Shown: piece after piece, positions 27,844-37,197 of the stretch
Numbering within the stretch: the first letter of the stretch is position 1
How the letters are laid out: the number at the start of each line of letters is the position of its first letter
NCBI GenBank assembly: GCA_902801025.1
Contig: CADCGZ010000012.1
Location: 29,830-93,829 of the forward strand
DNA from: an uncultured bacterium
GTDB taxonomy: Bacteria; Verrucomicrobiota; Kiritimatiellia; RFP12; UBA1067
Direction of reading: 5' to 3'
Length of the DNA stretch: 64,000 bases
Position numbers and translations under genes: made by a program
Notes under the pieces: model-generated
The model's database searches: none
Told to the model about the DNA's origin: nothing
Seen by the model: the letters and a program-made list of their open reading frames with translations, nothing else

Positions 27844-28671
27844 TCATCGCCCGGCAAAGAACTTCACGAGACGCTGCACGTGCGCGGCGCACTCGTCGAT
27901 GATCGGGTCTGCGAGCTTGTCGGGCGGTACGAACGCGCCGTTCAAGTCACCGTAGACCTTGAGCGTAGACTTGATGTACGTGTCGAGGAACTCGGTCGCG
28001 ATGTTCACTTTCGCGATGCCGCATTCTATCGCGCGCCGGACGTCCGCGAGCGGAGTTCCGCTGCCGCCATGCAGGACGAGCGGCGTATCGGGAAGCGACT
28101 CCGCAATCGCGGCGCAGCGCGGGATGTCGAGCTTCGGCTCCGCCTTGTAGTAGCCGTGAGCCGTGCCGATCGACACCGCAAGCGCGTCTACGCCAGTATC
28201 CTTCGCAAAGGACACCGCTTCGTCGACATCGGTAAGCGCGGTCTCGTCGCCCTGCGCGACATGGCCAATCTCGCCTTCGCACGTCGCGCCGAGCGCGTGC
28301 GCGTAGTCGGCGACGAACTTGGTCCACTTCACGTTCTCTTCGTAGGAAGAGCGCGAGCCATCGTACATCACGGAGGTGTAGCCCCACGCAAGCGCGTCCT
28401 TCGCCTGCTTTACGGTCGAGCCGTGGTCAAGGTGAAGCGCAACGGGAACCTTCGCGCGGAACGCGAGTCGCTGAAGCGTTCCAGCGAGGTCATACGCCTT
28501 CCCCGTGTCGAAGAGGCGCATATAGAGCTGGATGATGACCGGCTCGTTCTCGGCCTCGGCGGCCTTGAGCACCGCAGCGGCCGTTTCGTAGTTCGTGATG
28601 TTGAAAGCGCCGACGGCCTTCTTGGCCTTGCGGGCGCCGTTCAGCATCTCCTTCATGTTGACTAGAGACAT
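27844..28671 (-). CDS. Class II fructose/tagatose-bisphosphate aldolase family protein
   Basis: HLDHG, SVMYDGS, EGEIG, IGTAHG, LVLHGGSG and KVNIAT motifs. Confidence 0.92.
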   Translation of the reverse strand: MSLVNMKEMLNGARKAKKAVGAFNITNYETAAAVLKAAEAENEPVIIQLYMRLFDTGKAYDLAGTLQRLAFRAKVPVALHLDHGSTVKQAKDALAWGYTSVMYDGSRSSYEENVKWTKFVADYAHALGATCEGEIGHVAQGDETALTDVDEAVSFAKDTGVDALAVSIGTAHGYYKAEPKLDIPRCAAIAESLPDTPLVLHGGSGTPLADVRRAIECGIAKVNIATEFLDTYIKSTLKVYGDLNGAFVPPDKLADPIIDECAAHVQRLVKFFAGR

Positions 28672-28722
28672 TCTCCTCCTTTTTGGAGAGTGGAAAATAG
28701 GTCAGACCTAAATTCCACTCTT

Positions 28723-29757
28723 TCACAGGCAGCTGGCGGCAAGCTCTTCCATCGTGACGACGTTGAGCTTGCCGTACTTCGCGAGACACTTCTTCGTGTA
28801 GACCGAGAGGACGACGATCCTGTCCTTCTTCGGATTGTCCGCACGCGCGGCGACATACTCCGCAAGCGCCTTGACGAGCGCGGGATTGAGCTTGTCGAGG
28901 ACAATCGCGCCCTCGCCGCAGCAATACGACTCCTCGTCGTTCGTGCCGAACGGCCTCAGATCCGCCTTGAGCGTCTTCAGCAGCCTCTCGGGGCATTCGC
29001 AGCCGTCGTAGTTGCGCATGAAGTCGTCCGCGAGATAGTAGAGCTCGCCCGCCTTCTTCGTGAACTTCACCTTCGCCTGGTTGAGGAAGCCGGAGAAGCA
29101 GAACACCTTGCAAGGGAGCTTCACGCCGAACTCCGGGAAGTCCTTCGTGAGCGCGTCGAACGCCGCAGGGTTCGAGACGACGAGCGTCTTCACACCCTCG
29201 GCCTTAAGGAACGCAGCGAACTTCTCGGCGGCGGCCTTTGCCTCGGGGAGATACCCGAGCACCTTCAGCACCTTGCCGATGGTGTCGCCAGTAATCGTCT
29301 TCGGCGCGACCTTCGCCGCCGCGAAGAGCTTCTTCACCGCCGCGACAACCTGCTTGTCGGACGCGGTCGTCTCGTCGAGGAAATAGGCGACGTCGCCCTT
29401 ACCGGACGCGCTCCAGCCGATCGTCTTCGCGAACTTCGCGGCGAGCTTCTTCACCGCCTCGGGCTGCTTGCCGGCCTCGACGACATCGGCGCGTGCCGCA
29501 AGAGCGAGTCCGTTCTCGTCGTAGTGGTTGACGCAGTGGTGAGTGCAGCACGCGGAGAGCTCCTGGCGATAGAGCGCGTCGACGAAATCGGAGTCGTCGA
29601 ACGAGTTCGTCCCGGTCTTGAGGCCGTAGAGCATCGCCGCGCGAACGCGGGGCGTATCGACCTCTGTGCAGCGCACCTGGCCGATCGTCGAGAGGTGCCG
29701 GCACATAAAGCAGAACCGGCAGTTCATCATCGCTTCTTCGTACTTGTCAATATGCAT
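28723..29757 (-). CDS. Fe-S/CCG-domain protein (GlcF/GlpC-like partner subunit)
   Basis: CRFCFMCRH, CCTHHC and YCCG cysteine motifs; directly follows the FAD oxidoreductase. Confidence 0.75.
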   Translation of the reverse strand: MHIDKYEEAMMNCRFCFMCRHLSTIGQVRCTEVDTPRVRAAMLYGLKTGTNSFDDSDFVDALYRQELSACCTHHCVNHYDENGLALAARADVVEAGKQPEAVKKLAAKFAKTIGWSASGKGDVAYFLDETTASDKQVVAAVKKLFAAAKVAPKTITGDTIGKVLKVLGYLPEAKAAAEKFAAFLKAEGVKTLVVSNPAAFDALTKDFPEFGVKLPCKVFCFSGFLNQAKVKFTKKAGELYYLADDFMRNYDGCECPERLLKTLKADLRPFGTNDEESYCCGEGAIVLDKLNPALVKALAEYVAARADNPKKDRIVVLSVYTKKCLAKYGKLNVVTMEELAASCL

Positions 29758-29773
29758 TTGAAAACTCCTTTCC

Positions 29774-31231
29774 TTACCAGCAGCCAGGAAGCCCCATCTT
29801 GCCGGGATTCATGATTCCGTTCGGGTCGAGCTTCGCCTTGAGGCTCTCGAGAATCGGCATCGCGGTGCCGTAGAGGTCCTTGACGTAGCGGCCGAGCTTG
29901 AGCCCTACGCCGTGGTGCTCGTTGATGACGCCGCCTTCGCGGATTGCCGCGCGGATCGCCTTGTCCCACACCGCGTTGTAGAGCGCGGCCGCCTCCTCGG
30001 CGTTCGGCGGAACCTTGTCGCCAGGGAAGATGAAGCGCGCATAGAGCATGCAGCCCCAGTCGTACCAGTGCGAGAAGTGTCCGATGAAGCGGGCATCGGG
30101 GAACTCCTTGTTCACGACCTTCTTCATCGCCCAGTAGACGTTCTCGATGTGCGAGAAGTCCGCAACCGTGTCGAGCGTTCCGAACGCCTGCGGAACGTGG
30201 AACATGTAGCCCGGGTAGAAGAACTTGTACTTGTTCTCCCACCACCACTCGCCGCCCTTCGAGCCCAAGTCCTTGCCGTGGAACTGCTTCTCCATGATTT
30301 CGCGTGCGTACTGCATCTGGAGGTCTACGATCTTCTCGCGTCCGTCGAAGCCGAACACGAGGTACGCGCCCTTGTCGAGGTCGATGCCGAAGACCTTCGA
30401 GACGTGCGTCTTCGTCTCGGTCTCGTCGTAGAGGCGCATCGCGCAGGGCCCTAGGCGCGAGCGCATGAGCGTCTGGCCGGCCTGCATCGCGGTGTGGAAG
30501 TCCTTGAAGATGTAGGCGCGGAACTTGCGGGCCTCGGGCTGTGGATGGATCTTGAGCGTCACCTCGGTGATGACGCCGAGCGTGCCCTCGCTGCCAAGGA
30601 ACATCATCGTGAGGTCTGGGCCCGACGCGTGGCGCGGCACCGGGAGCGTGCGGATGATCTCACCGGTCGGAGTGACGACTTCAAGCGACATCACCATGTC
30701 CTCGATCTTGCCGTACTTCGTCGAAAGGACGCCAGTTCCGCGGTGCGCGAGGAAGCCGCCGATCGTGGAGCACGAAATCGAGGCGGGAAGGTGCATCGTC
30801 GAAAGGCCCTCCTTGTTGCAGCCCCACTCAAGGTGCTTCGTAATGATGCCGGTCTGAGCGGTGACGGTCAGCGCCTCCTTGTCGATCTTGATGATCTTGT
30901 TCATGCGCTTCATGTCGAGGACGATGCCGTTGTAGATCGGAAGCGCACCGCCCTGCGAACCCGAACCGCCGCCCCACGGAACAACGGGAATCTTGTACTG
31001 GTTCGCGATCTTCATGACGCGCGCGACTTCCTGGGTCGTCGCGGGATGGACGACGAAGTCGGGCTTCGGGCACTCTCGGCCGCGGTCGTGCCACATCTCT
31101 GGAATCCAGTAGTAGTCGATGGAGTGGCCGAACTTGTCCGCGAACTTCACGTCCACGAACTCGTCGCCCACGACGTCGGTGAGCTCCGTCCGAATCATCT
31201 CGAACATGTAGCTGTCAGGCTTGATCTTCAT
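29774..31231 (-). CDS. FAD-binding oxidoreductase (GlcD/alkyl-DHAP synthase-like)
   Basis: PWGGGSGSQGG, TIGG, GSEGTLGVITE, HHGVG and DPNGIMNPGK motifs. Confidence 0.9.
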   Translation of the reverse strand: MKIKPDSYMFEMIRTELTDVVGDEFVDVKFADKFGHSIDYYWIPEMWHDRGRECPKPDFVVHPATTQEVARVMKIANQYKIPVVPWGGGSGSQGGALPIYNGIVLDMKRMNKIIKIDKEALTVTAQTGIITKHLEWGCNKEGLSTMHLPASISCSTIGGFLAHRGTGVLSTKYGKIEDMVMSLEVVTPTGEIIRTLPVPRHASGPDLTMMFLGSEGTLGVITEVTLKIHPQPEARKFRAYIFKDFHTAMQAGQTLMRSRLGPCAMRLYDETETKTHVSKVFGIDLDKGAYLVFGFDGREKIVDLQMQYAREIMEKQFHGKDLGSKGGEWWWENKYKFFYPGYMFHVPQAFGTLDTVADFSHIENVYWAMKKVVNKEFPDARFIGHFSHWYDWGCMLYARFIFPGDKVPPNAEEAAALYNAVWDKAIRAAIREGGVINEHHGVGLKLGRYVKDLYGTAMPILESLKAKLDPNGIMNPGKMGLPGCW

Positions 31232-31262
31232 TTGAGTTCCTTCCGTAAGCTTTTATGGGCAC

Positions 31263-31326
31263 ATTATACAAAACTTGCAGTGAGAGTTGGATGGTATATT
31301 CTGATATTTAATGAGAAGAATTGAGA
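31263..31326 (-). promoter_or_regulatory. Promoter (-10 TATAAT) with three TGAGA boxes; candidate DeoR operator
   Basis: attata at 31263-31268; TGAGA at 31281, 31312 and 31322. Same geometry as 39576-39639. Confidence 0.65.
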
Positions 31327-32945
31327 GGCGCGGAAATCAACTCGTAGCGCGGCAATCGCGCGAGTGGAACGCCTTCAAGTTGCACCGTCTTGGGGCCGAC
31401 GAACTCCTGCCCGAGGTCGTCGCGCCACTTCCCGGCGGGAAGCTCAACCGTCTTCGCATCGTCCGGTGTGACAACTGGGGCTACGAGCCAGCGAGGCCCA
31501 AGCATAAACTGCTGCATAGGGCGATTGAAGCCCTGGTGCGGGAACTCGTATTCCATAGCGCGCACGATCGGCTCGCCAGTCGTCGCAGCGTGCCGCACCT
31601 GTTCCATTATGTAGGGCGCGAAGTCTACGTGAAGCTGCGCGAACTCGCGGCAGAGCTTCACGCCCTCGGGCGAGAGGTGACGCGCCGGGAGAAGGGAAAA
31701 CTGCACCATCGGCATCAGCGCCTGCATCGCGGCAGAACGGACAAACAGCTTCTCGTCTATCTCCTTGCCTACGAACGAGACTTCAAGTCCGCCGCCAACC
31801 ATGTCAGCGACGAGATACGGACAGCCGAGGAGCCCTGCGGCAACGACCTGCGGGATAACGGTGTCCTGTGCGTTCTTGCCAGTCCACGCATGGGCGCGGT
31901 CGTTGAGCCGTGTCACGAGCGGAAGCCCGCCGCACTTCCAGCTGACGCGTATTTCGTGAAAGGGAAACTCGCGCGCGGCGAGTTCTGCGTAGAGGCGCGT
32001 GTAGTCGACCGGCTCCGCCTTCTCATCGTGGAATCGGCAGTCCTCGGCAAAGAAGCGCGGATCGCCAGCATCGAACTTAAAACCCTTGATGCCGTACTTG
32101 TCTGCAAACTCGTGTAGTATCTTCGCGTAGTACGCGTTGGCCTCGGGCTTCGTGAGATCGTAGATCGCGCTGATGCCGCTCCACCAGCGGACAACCGCCG
32201 CCGCGCGCGAACCCGGCGCCTTGCGGTAGGCGAGATAGTCGAGGCAGTTGTGAGTGTCGTGATAACGAAGCTTCTTGTACTCGCGGCTGTCTGGCGAGAC
32301 GAAGTGGGCCGTCCAGATAAGCGGCGTCCAGCCATGCGCGTTGATGCGGTCGAAGAGCCCCTTCGGGTCGGGGAAGTCCTTCTCGTAGAACTCGTAGGAA
32401 CCCTGATGCGAAAGCCATCCGCCATCCATCATGTATACGCCGCACGGGAAAGCGCTCTTCGCGAGATCGGCAGTGTAGTCGTCCGCCGCCTTCTGGTTCA
32501 CCCCGTTAAGGAATATCTCGATCCAGTTGTTCCACTGAGGGAGCGTGAAAAAGACGTCGGGCGGCGCCTTCCCCTCGAAGCGCATGTGGTCTTTTGCCGC
32601 GGCGAGATAGGCGTCCTTGAGGGTCTTCCCCCCGACCGTCGGCTCGATCTTCTCGAAATCAGAGTCGAGGACAAGCTTGCCGTCCTTGAACTCGTAGCCG
32701 AACGGCTTCTCGCTCCAGACATAGCGGCCACACGACGAGACGAGCAGTGGAGAGGAAGTGTTGCCGTGGACTCGCAGATCAATGCGCTTGTGGGATGACG
32801 CGCCGTAGGGCTGACTCTGGCCGTCACCACCGCCACCACCCCACCAGCGCTCAGATTCGATCAACGGAATTTCGGAAACAAAGGTCTCCGCTGTTGCGGT
32901 AAACGCGGAAAGTGCAACGGCAGCAACGATGCATGCGTGCTTCAT
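31308..32945 (-). CDS. Secreted glycoside hydrolase family 31-like protein
   Basis: Signal peptide, MDGGW, GFKFDAGD (nucleophile motif), DMVGGG, GEPIVRAMEYEFP; ATGA overlap with the kinase gene. Confidence 0.85.
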   Translation of the reverse strand: MKHACIVAAVALSAFTATAETFVSEIPLIESERWWGGGGGDGQSQPYGASSHKRIDLRVHGNTSSPLLVSSCGRYVWSEKPFGYEFKDGKLVLDSDFEKIEPTVGGKTLKDAYLAAAKDHMRFEGKAPPDVFFTLPQWNNWIEIFLNGVNQKAADDYTADLAKSAFPCGVYMMDGGWLSHQGSYEFYEKDFPDPKGLFDRINAHGWTPLIWTAHFVSPDSREYKKLRYHDTHNCLDYLAYRKAPGSRAAAVVRWWSGISAIYDLTKPEANAYYAKILHEFADKYGIKGFKFDAGDPRFFAEDCRFHDEKAEPVDYTRLYAELAAREFPFHEIRVSWKCGGLPLVTRLNDRAHAWTGKNAQDTVIPQVVAAGLLGCPYLVADMVGGGLEVSFVGKEIDEKLFVRSAAMQALMPMVQFSLLPARHLSPEGVKLCREFAQLHVDFAPYIMEQVRHAATTGEPIVRAMEYEFPHQGFNRPMQQFMLGPRWLVAPVVTPDDAKTVELPAGKWRDDLGQEFVGPKTVQLEGVPLARLPRYELISAPLNSSH

Positions 32946-34534
32946 CTGTCTCCCTTCCTTTGTACGTATGTGGGCGCAAGTGCGTCGTGGATGCGACGAT
33001 AGCACGTGAAAAGGTGGTCATACTTGACCGCTGCCGCAGGATCGGGCTCGATGGTGCGGTCGATGTGCAGGCATTTTGCGACAGCTGCCTTCACGTCGGG
33101 GAAAACGCCGATTCCAGTTCCTGCCAGGAGGCACGAGCCAAAGCTCGCGTCGCCCGGCTGGGGCACAGATACCGGACGATTGAAAACATTTGCGACAATC
33201 TCGCTCCAGAGCGGCGACCTTGCGCCGCCGCCGATCAGGAAGATGCGCTTCACTGGAAGCTTCATCTCCTCAAGCGTTCGGTAGCAGTCCCTTAGCGAAA
33301 ACGCGACGCCTTCCATCAGCGCGCGCGCGAAGTCGCCCCTGGCCGACGAGATCGACACGCCCGTGAACGAGGCGCGCAAGTTCGAGTCCCAGTAGGGGCA
33401 CCGTTCGCCCTGGAGATAGGGATGGAAAAAGACGCCGTTCGCGCCGATTGGCGATTTTGCTGCTTCTGCGTCGATTAAGCCATACAAATTCCCCGTTCCC
33501 ACCCCTGCTAGGGCATCGCCTTCGGCGACTCGCTTCGCTCGGGGGATACGTTCCCCATTCCCCGACTCGACCGCCATAGCCTTGGCGTCGGCGGTTCCCC
33601 ATTCCCCGTAAAACGTGTCGCGGAACCACCGCATGCAGAGCGCGGCGGCGTTCGTCGCCGAGACCGAGTACCACATGCCGGGCACGATGTGCGAGTAGGT
33701 GAGCGTCTTCGGATGTGGATGCGCAGCGGCCGTCATGGCGTTGACGTTACCCGCCGTCGCGAGCTTAAGAATGAGGTCCCCCGGCTCAACTGCACCCGCA
33801 CCGTAGTCCTCGACCGCGCTATCGGACGAACCGCAAACGACGGGCAGACCTTCTGGAAGGCCCGTGAACTCCGCCGCCAGGCGCGTTACATGCCCCGCGA
33901 CGTCCGTCGGCTCGATAAAGCGCGGGAGCTTCTCAAGCGACAGCCCGGCAAGCTCCACGAGTTCCCTATCCCAGTCACCCTTCGCCATGTCGAAGAAGAG
34001 CGTGCCCTGCGCCTCGATGCGGTCGGTCGCAGCCTCGCCCGTGAGCAGGTAGCGCACATAGTCCTTGACGAAAAGGACATTGCTCGTGCGCTCAAGCGAG
34101 TCTGGCTCGTTTGCCTTAAGCCACATCATCTGCGGAAGCGTCCATGTCGGCGCAGGCATCTGGTAGCAAGTAGAGAAGATCTTCTCTCCCCAGCCCGCCT
34201 TCAGCGCCTCGCACTCCGCGGTCGCGCGCTGGTCCGTCCACATGATCGTGCGGCGAACTGGACGGAACTCCGCGTCCAACAGCACGGCGTTGTGGGTCGA
34301 GCCGTCGAGCGCACAGGCAACAATGGACTTGAGGTCCACGCCTTTCGCGGCAAGTTTCTTCAGGGACTCAGCCAACGCATTCCACCAGTCAGATGGCTCC
34401 TGCTCGCTCCACCCGGGGTGGTCGTGATAGGTCTCGAACTCGGTCGACGCTTCGCCGATGAATGAGCCGGCCTCGTCGATTACCGTCACCTTGCACCCGC
34501 CGGTGCCGTAGTCTATACCCAAAAGTAGCTTCAT
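32942..34534 (-). CDS. FGGY-family sugar kinase (xylulokinase-like) with an in-frame insertion
   Basis: GIDYGTGGCK, EQEPSDWW, KDYVRYLLTG, PYLQGER and GGGARSPLW motifs; about 38 extra aa at 33489-33607. Confidence 0.9.
   Translation of the reverse strand: MKLLLGIDYGTGGCKVTVIDEAGSFIGEASTEFETYHDHPGWSEQEPSDWWNALAESLKKLAAKGVDLKSIVACALDGSTHNAVLLDAEFRPVRRTIMWTDQRATAECEALKAGWGEKIFSTCYQMPAPTWTLPQMMWLKANEPDSLERTSNVLFVKDYVRYLLTGEAATDRIEAQGTLFFDMAKGDWDRELVELAGLSLEKLPRFIEPTDVAGHVTRLAAEFTGLPEGLPVVCGSSDSAVEDYGAGAVEPGDLILKLATAGNVNAMTAAAHPHPKTLTYSHIVPGMWYSVSATNAAALCMRWFRDTFYGEWGTADAKAMAVESGNGERIPRAKRVAEGDALAGVGTGNLYGLIDAEAAKSPIGANGVFFHPYLQGERCPYWDSNLRASFTGVSISSARGDFARALMEGVAFSLRDCYRTLEEMKLPVKRIFLIGGGARSPLWSEIVANVFNRPVSVPQPGDASFGSCLLAGTGIGVFPDVKAAVAKCLHIDRTIEPDPAAAVKYDHLFTCYRRIHDALAPTYVQRKGDR
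33489..33607. repeat. Intragenic composite repeat: TTCCCCA/G heptamers with two REP-like hairpins
   Basis: ttccccgttccc at 33489; ttccccattcccc at 33551 and 33595; tcgccttcggcga; ccgccatagccttggcgtcggcgg. Confidence 0.75.
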
Positions 34535-34577
34535 TATTTTATTTTCCTCGGCATGATCTTACCCTAAACCCGTTTTT

Positions 34578-34615
34578 CTCTGCGCACTTTGCGTCTCTGC
34601 GCCTCTGCGTTAAAA
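34578..34615. repeat. CTCTGCG-type short tandem element, copy 1
   Basis: ctctgcgcactttgcgtctctgcgcctctgcgttaaaa. Confidence 0.75.
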
Positions 34616-34640
34616 TTTGAATTGATGTATTATATTGAGT

Positions 34641-36368
34641 TCACTTCTTTAGGTTGAAGTACTTGCGAACGGTCTCCGCCGAAAGCTTCGGACGGCGCAG
34701 ACGGTCGAATACGCCTGCAATCGACCCTCCGAACATCGCGGAGACGGCGTTGCCACCAAACCGCTCGCGCGTCCGCCCATCGTTCAGCTGCCAGATCGAG
34801 AACCCGACGATGTCAGGATTCGCCCACAGCGTCTCGAAGACGTTGGTCAGGTATTCGTTCTGGAACTCCTCCGTGTTCGGCGATGCGTATTCGCCGCGCC
34901 GCCCGAATTCAGCGCCGCAACCCGTCTCGGAAACCATGATGGGCTTGTCGGGGTAGCGTGCGCGGAACTTCGCGACTATGCCGTCGAACTTGCCTTTCAC
35001 CAAATCCTCTAGCCCCTTTTCCGTGCCGGGCTGCATCGGTATGACCCCTGGATAGGCGTTGAACGAAACGACGTCCATGTTGGTGCAGCAGATGTCCCTG
35101 TCCGTGATGTTGCAGGCAAACGTCACGAGCCGTCCCGAATTCTCGGCGCGTATCGTCTCCGCAAGCTTGTCGACGAGCGCCTTGCATTCCTTCTTGTCGC
35201 TCGCGCACTCGTTGAGGAATCCGTAGATGATGACGGACGGATGGTTGAAGCTCGCCCGAACCATGTCGCGCGTCTCCTTCACCTGCATCTCGCAGAACTC
35301 CGCGTCCTTCAGCTCGCTCGGCGGGAAGTTGTTGTTCACGTATCCCTGACCATTGCCCCAGCCAAGAGACTCCTCCCATACGAGAACGCCGTTTTCGTCG
35401 CAGAGGTCGAGGAAGCGTTCGCACTGCTGGTAGTGCGCGCCGCGGATGAAGTTTCCGCCGAGCGCCTTTAGGCGCTGTATGTCCTGAAGCATGAGCGCTT
35501 CGCCCGTGGCCGCGCCGTTGAGCCAGTCGGACTCGTGGCGATTGAAGCCCTTGAGGAAAAGCTCCTTGCCGTTGAGGTAGATCTTGCGGTCCTTCGCCTC
35601 GATCTGGCGGATGCCAAAGCGAGTTGAAAGGTTGAAAGGTTGAGAGGTTGAAAGGTTGATGGAAACCTTGTGAAGCGCGGGCGACTCTGGAGACCAGAGG
35701 CGGAAGCCGGGAACGGTGCTTGTAACTCGACCGTTGCTCAATTTGGCATTGACCACCTCTCCGCCGTCAAATGCAAGCGTCACCGCGGAATCGCCGCCAT
35801 TCTCAATTTCAATCTCGACCTTTCCTGTCTTGTAGTCGAGCGTACGGACAAAGACCTTCGGCTCGCGCTCCACAAGCTTCACGCCGTGGTAGAAGCCGCC
35901 GTAGAAGTAGAAGTCGTAGTACGGACGCGCCAGCTTCACGCGAGGCCACGAAAGGATGTTGTCGACCGCCGCGAAAACCGTGTGCTCGCCAGCCGAGAGA
36001 GGTCCGACCGGAATCTCGAGCCGCGCGTACGGATACGGATGAAGTCCCAAGTCCTTGCCGTCCATCTCGAACTTCGCCCTGACGCCCATTCCGTCCACGA
36101 CGAGAACCGCGTCCTTCATCGGCTTCGCGAGCGTGAAGACGCGTCGGTAGAGCCCTGTGCCGCGCTTCATGTACCACTTCGGCATCATGTCGTAGCACGC
36201 AGGAACAGGAATTACGTCGGTCGCGGCGAACTCAACCGTCGCCACAGATTCGAGTGGCTTTCCCTCCTCAAAGCGGAATTCCCAGCTTCCGTCGAGAGAC
36301 AGCGACTCGGCCGCCATGCCGCACACAGCGGCCATCCCAGCGAACAACGACAAAATACAAGATTTCAT
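34641..36368 (-). CDS. Secreted glycoside hydrolase family 2 (beta-galactosidase/beta-glucuronidase)
   Basis: SLDGSWEF, LWSPESPAL, LKGFNRHE, IRGAHYQ, NHPSVIIYGFLNE and SETG motifs. Confidence 0.92.
   Translation of the reverse strand: MKSCILSLFAGMAAVCGMAAESLSLDGSWEFRFEEGKPLESVATVEFAATDVIPVPACYDMMPKWYMKRGTGLYRRVFTLAKPMKDAVLVVDGMGVRAKFEMDGKDLGLHPYPYARLEIPVGPLSAGEHTVFAAVDNILSWPRVKLARPYYDFYFYGGFYHGVKLVEREPKVFVRTLDYKTGKVEIEIENGGDSAVTLAFDGGEVVNAKLSNGRVTSTVPGFRLWSPESPALHKVSINLSTSQPFNLSTRFGIRQIEAKDRKIYLNGKELFLKGFNRHESDWLNGAATGEALMLQDIQRLKALGGNFIRGAHYQQCERFLDLCDENGVLVWEESLGWGNGQGYVNNNFPPSELKDAEFCEMQVKETRDMVRASFNHPSVIIYGFLNECASDKKECKALVDKLAETIRAENSGRLVTFACNITDRDICCTNMDVVSFNAYPGVIPMQPGTEKGLEDLVKGKFDGIVAKFRARYPDKPIMVSETGCGAEFGRRGEYASPNTEEFQNEYLTNVFETLWANPDIVGFSIWQLNDGRTRERFGGNAVSAMFGGSIAGVFDRLRRPKLSAETVRKYFNLKK
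35623..35659. repeat. Intragenic 8-mer tandem repeat (GTTGAAAG, ~4.6 copies)
   Basis: gttgaaag gttgaaag gttgagag gttgaaag gttga, read as INLSTSQPFNLST. Confidence 0.8.
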
Positions 36369-36386
36369 TTCTTTAGACTTTGCGCT

Positions 36387-37184
36387 TCACGCCTTCTTAA
36401 CCCAGGCGTGCGCCGGATCCATCGACGAGATGAGCCCGCGGCCCTGTGCGCCGGCCATCGTCCAGAGGTAATACATCTGGTAGCCAGGTGCGCCGACGAG
36501 AGGATGGTAACCCTCCGCAATCGCGACGGTGTCGTAGTTCTGAACGCGATACGCCTCATTCAAGGAGCCATCGGGCTTGTAGACGCTCTGGAACCCGAAG
36601 CCCTGCGGCGGATCGAAGAGGTAGAAGTAAGTCTCCTCCATGTCAAGCTCGGCGGGCGGGTTGTTCACGTCGTGGCGATGCGACGGATAGCCCGACCAGT
36701 TGCCGGACGGGATCATCCCCTCGCCGATGTAGAAGTGCTCGGAGTCGAACTTCTCGTCGAGGATGATTTCCGAAGTGCGCGTCCAGTTGCCCTTGCCGAG
36801 CGCGATGTGCCGAGTGTCATCGGGTTTGATGAGCGTCGGCTTCGCCGTGTCGCGCGTGACGGGAGAGCCGTTGTACGCGAGCTCGACGTCCGACAGCGCG
36901 GTGATCACGTACTTCGTGCGGCGCGGGAGATACAGGCAGTGGGGCTTTCCGGTGAACGGCGACTTGCGCCCGTCCGTCACATCGAACGACCACCCGTCGC
37001 CCTTCGCGGCGAAGTTGCCGCCCATGAGTACGAACGCGACTTCCGTCTCGCCCGTGTCGCCTTCGTAGACGCCTCCCTTCGCGAGCTTCAGAAGCCCGAA
37101 CTTCGTGAGCTTCATTCCATACTCACCAACGTCAAAAATTTTGTTGTAGCCATCCTGCGGCTTCAGCGCGATCTTTAGGTTCAT
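36387..37184 (-). CDS. iolB: 5-deoxy-glucuronate isomerase (IolB/KduI family)
   Basis: GNWSGYPSHRHD, EETYFY, GFGFQ, GYHP and YYLWTMAG motifs. Confidence 0.85.
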   Translation of the reverse strand: MNLKIALKPQDGYNKIFDVGEYGMKLTKFGLLKLAKGGVYEGDTGETEVAFVLMGGNFAAKGDGWSFDVTDGRKSPFTGKPHCLYLPRRTKYVITALSDVELAYNGSPVTRDTAKPTLIKPDDTRHIALGKGNWTRTSEIILDEKFDSEHFYIGEGMIPSGNWSGYPSHRHDVNNPPAELDMEETYFYLFDPPQGFGFQSVYKPDGSLNEAYRVQNYDTVAIAEGYHPLVGAPGYQMYYLWTMAGAQGRGLISSMDPAHAWVKKA

Positions 37185-37197
37185 TTTTCTCCTTTCA

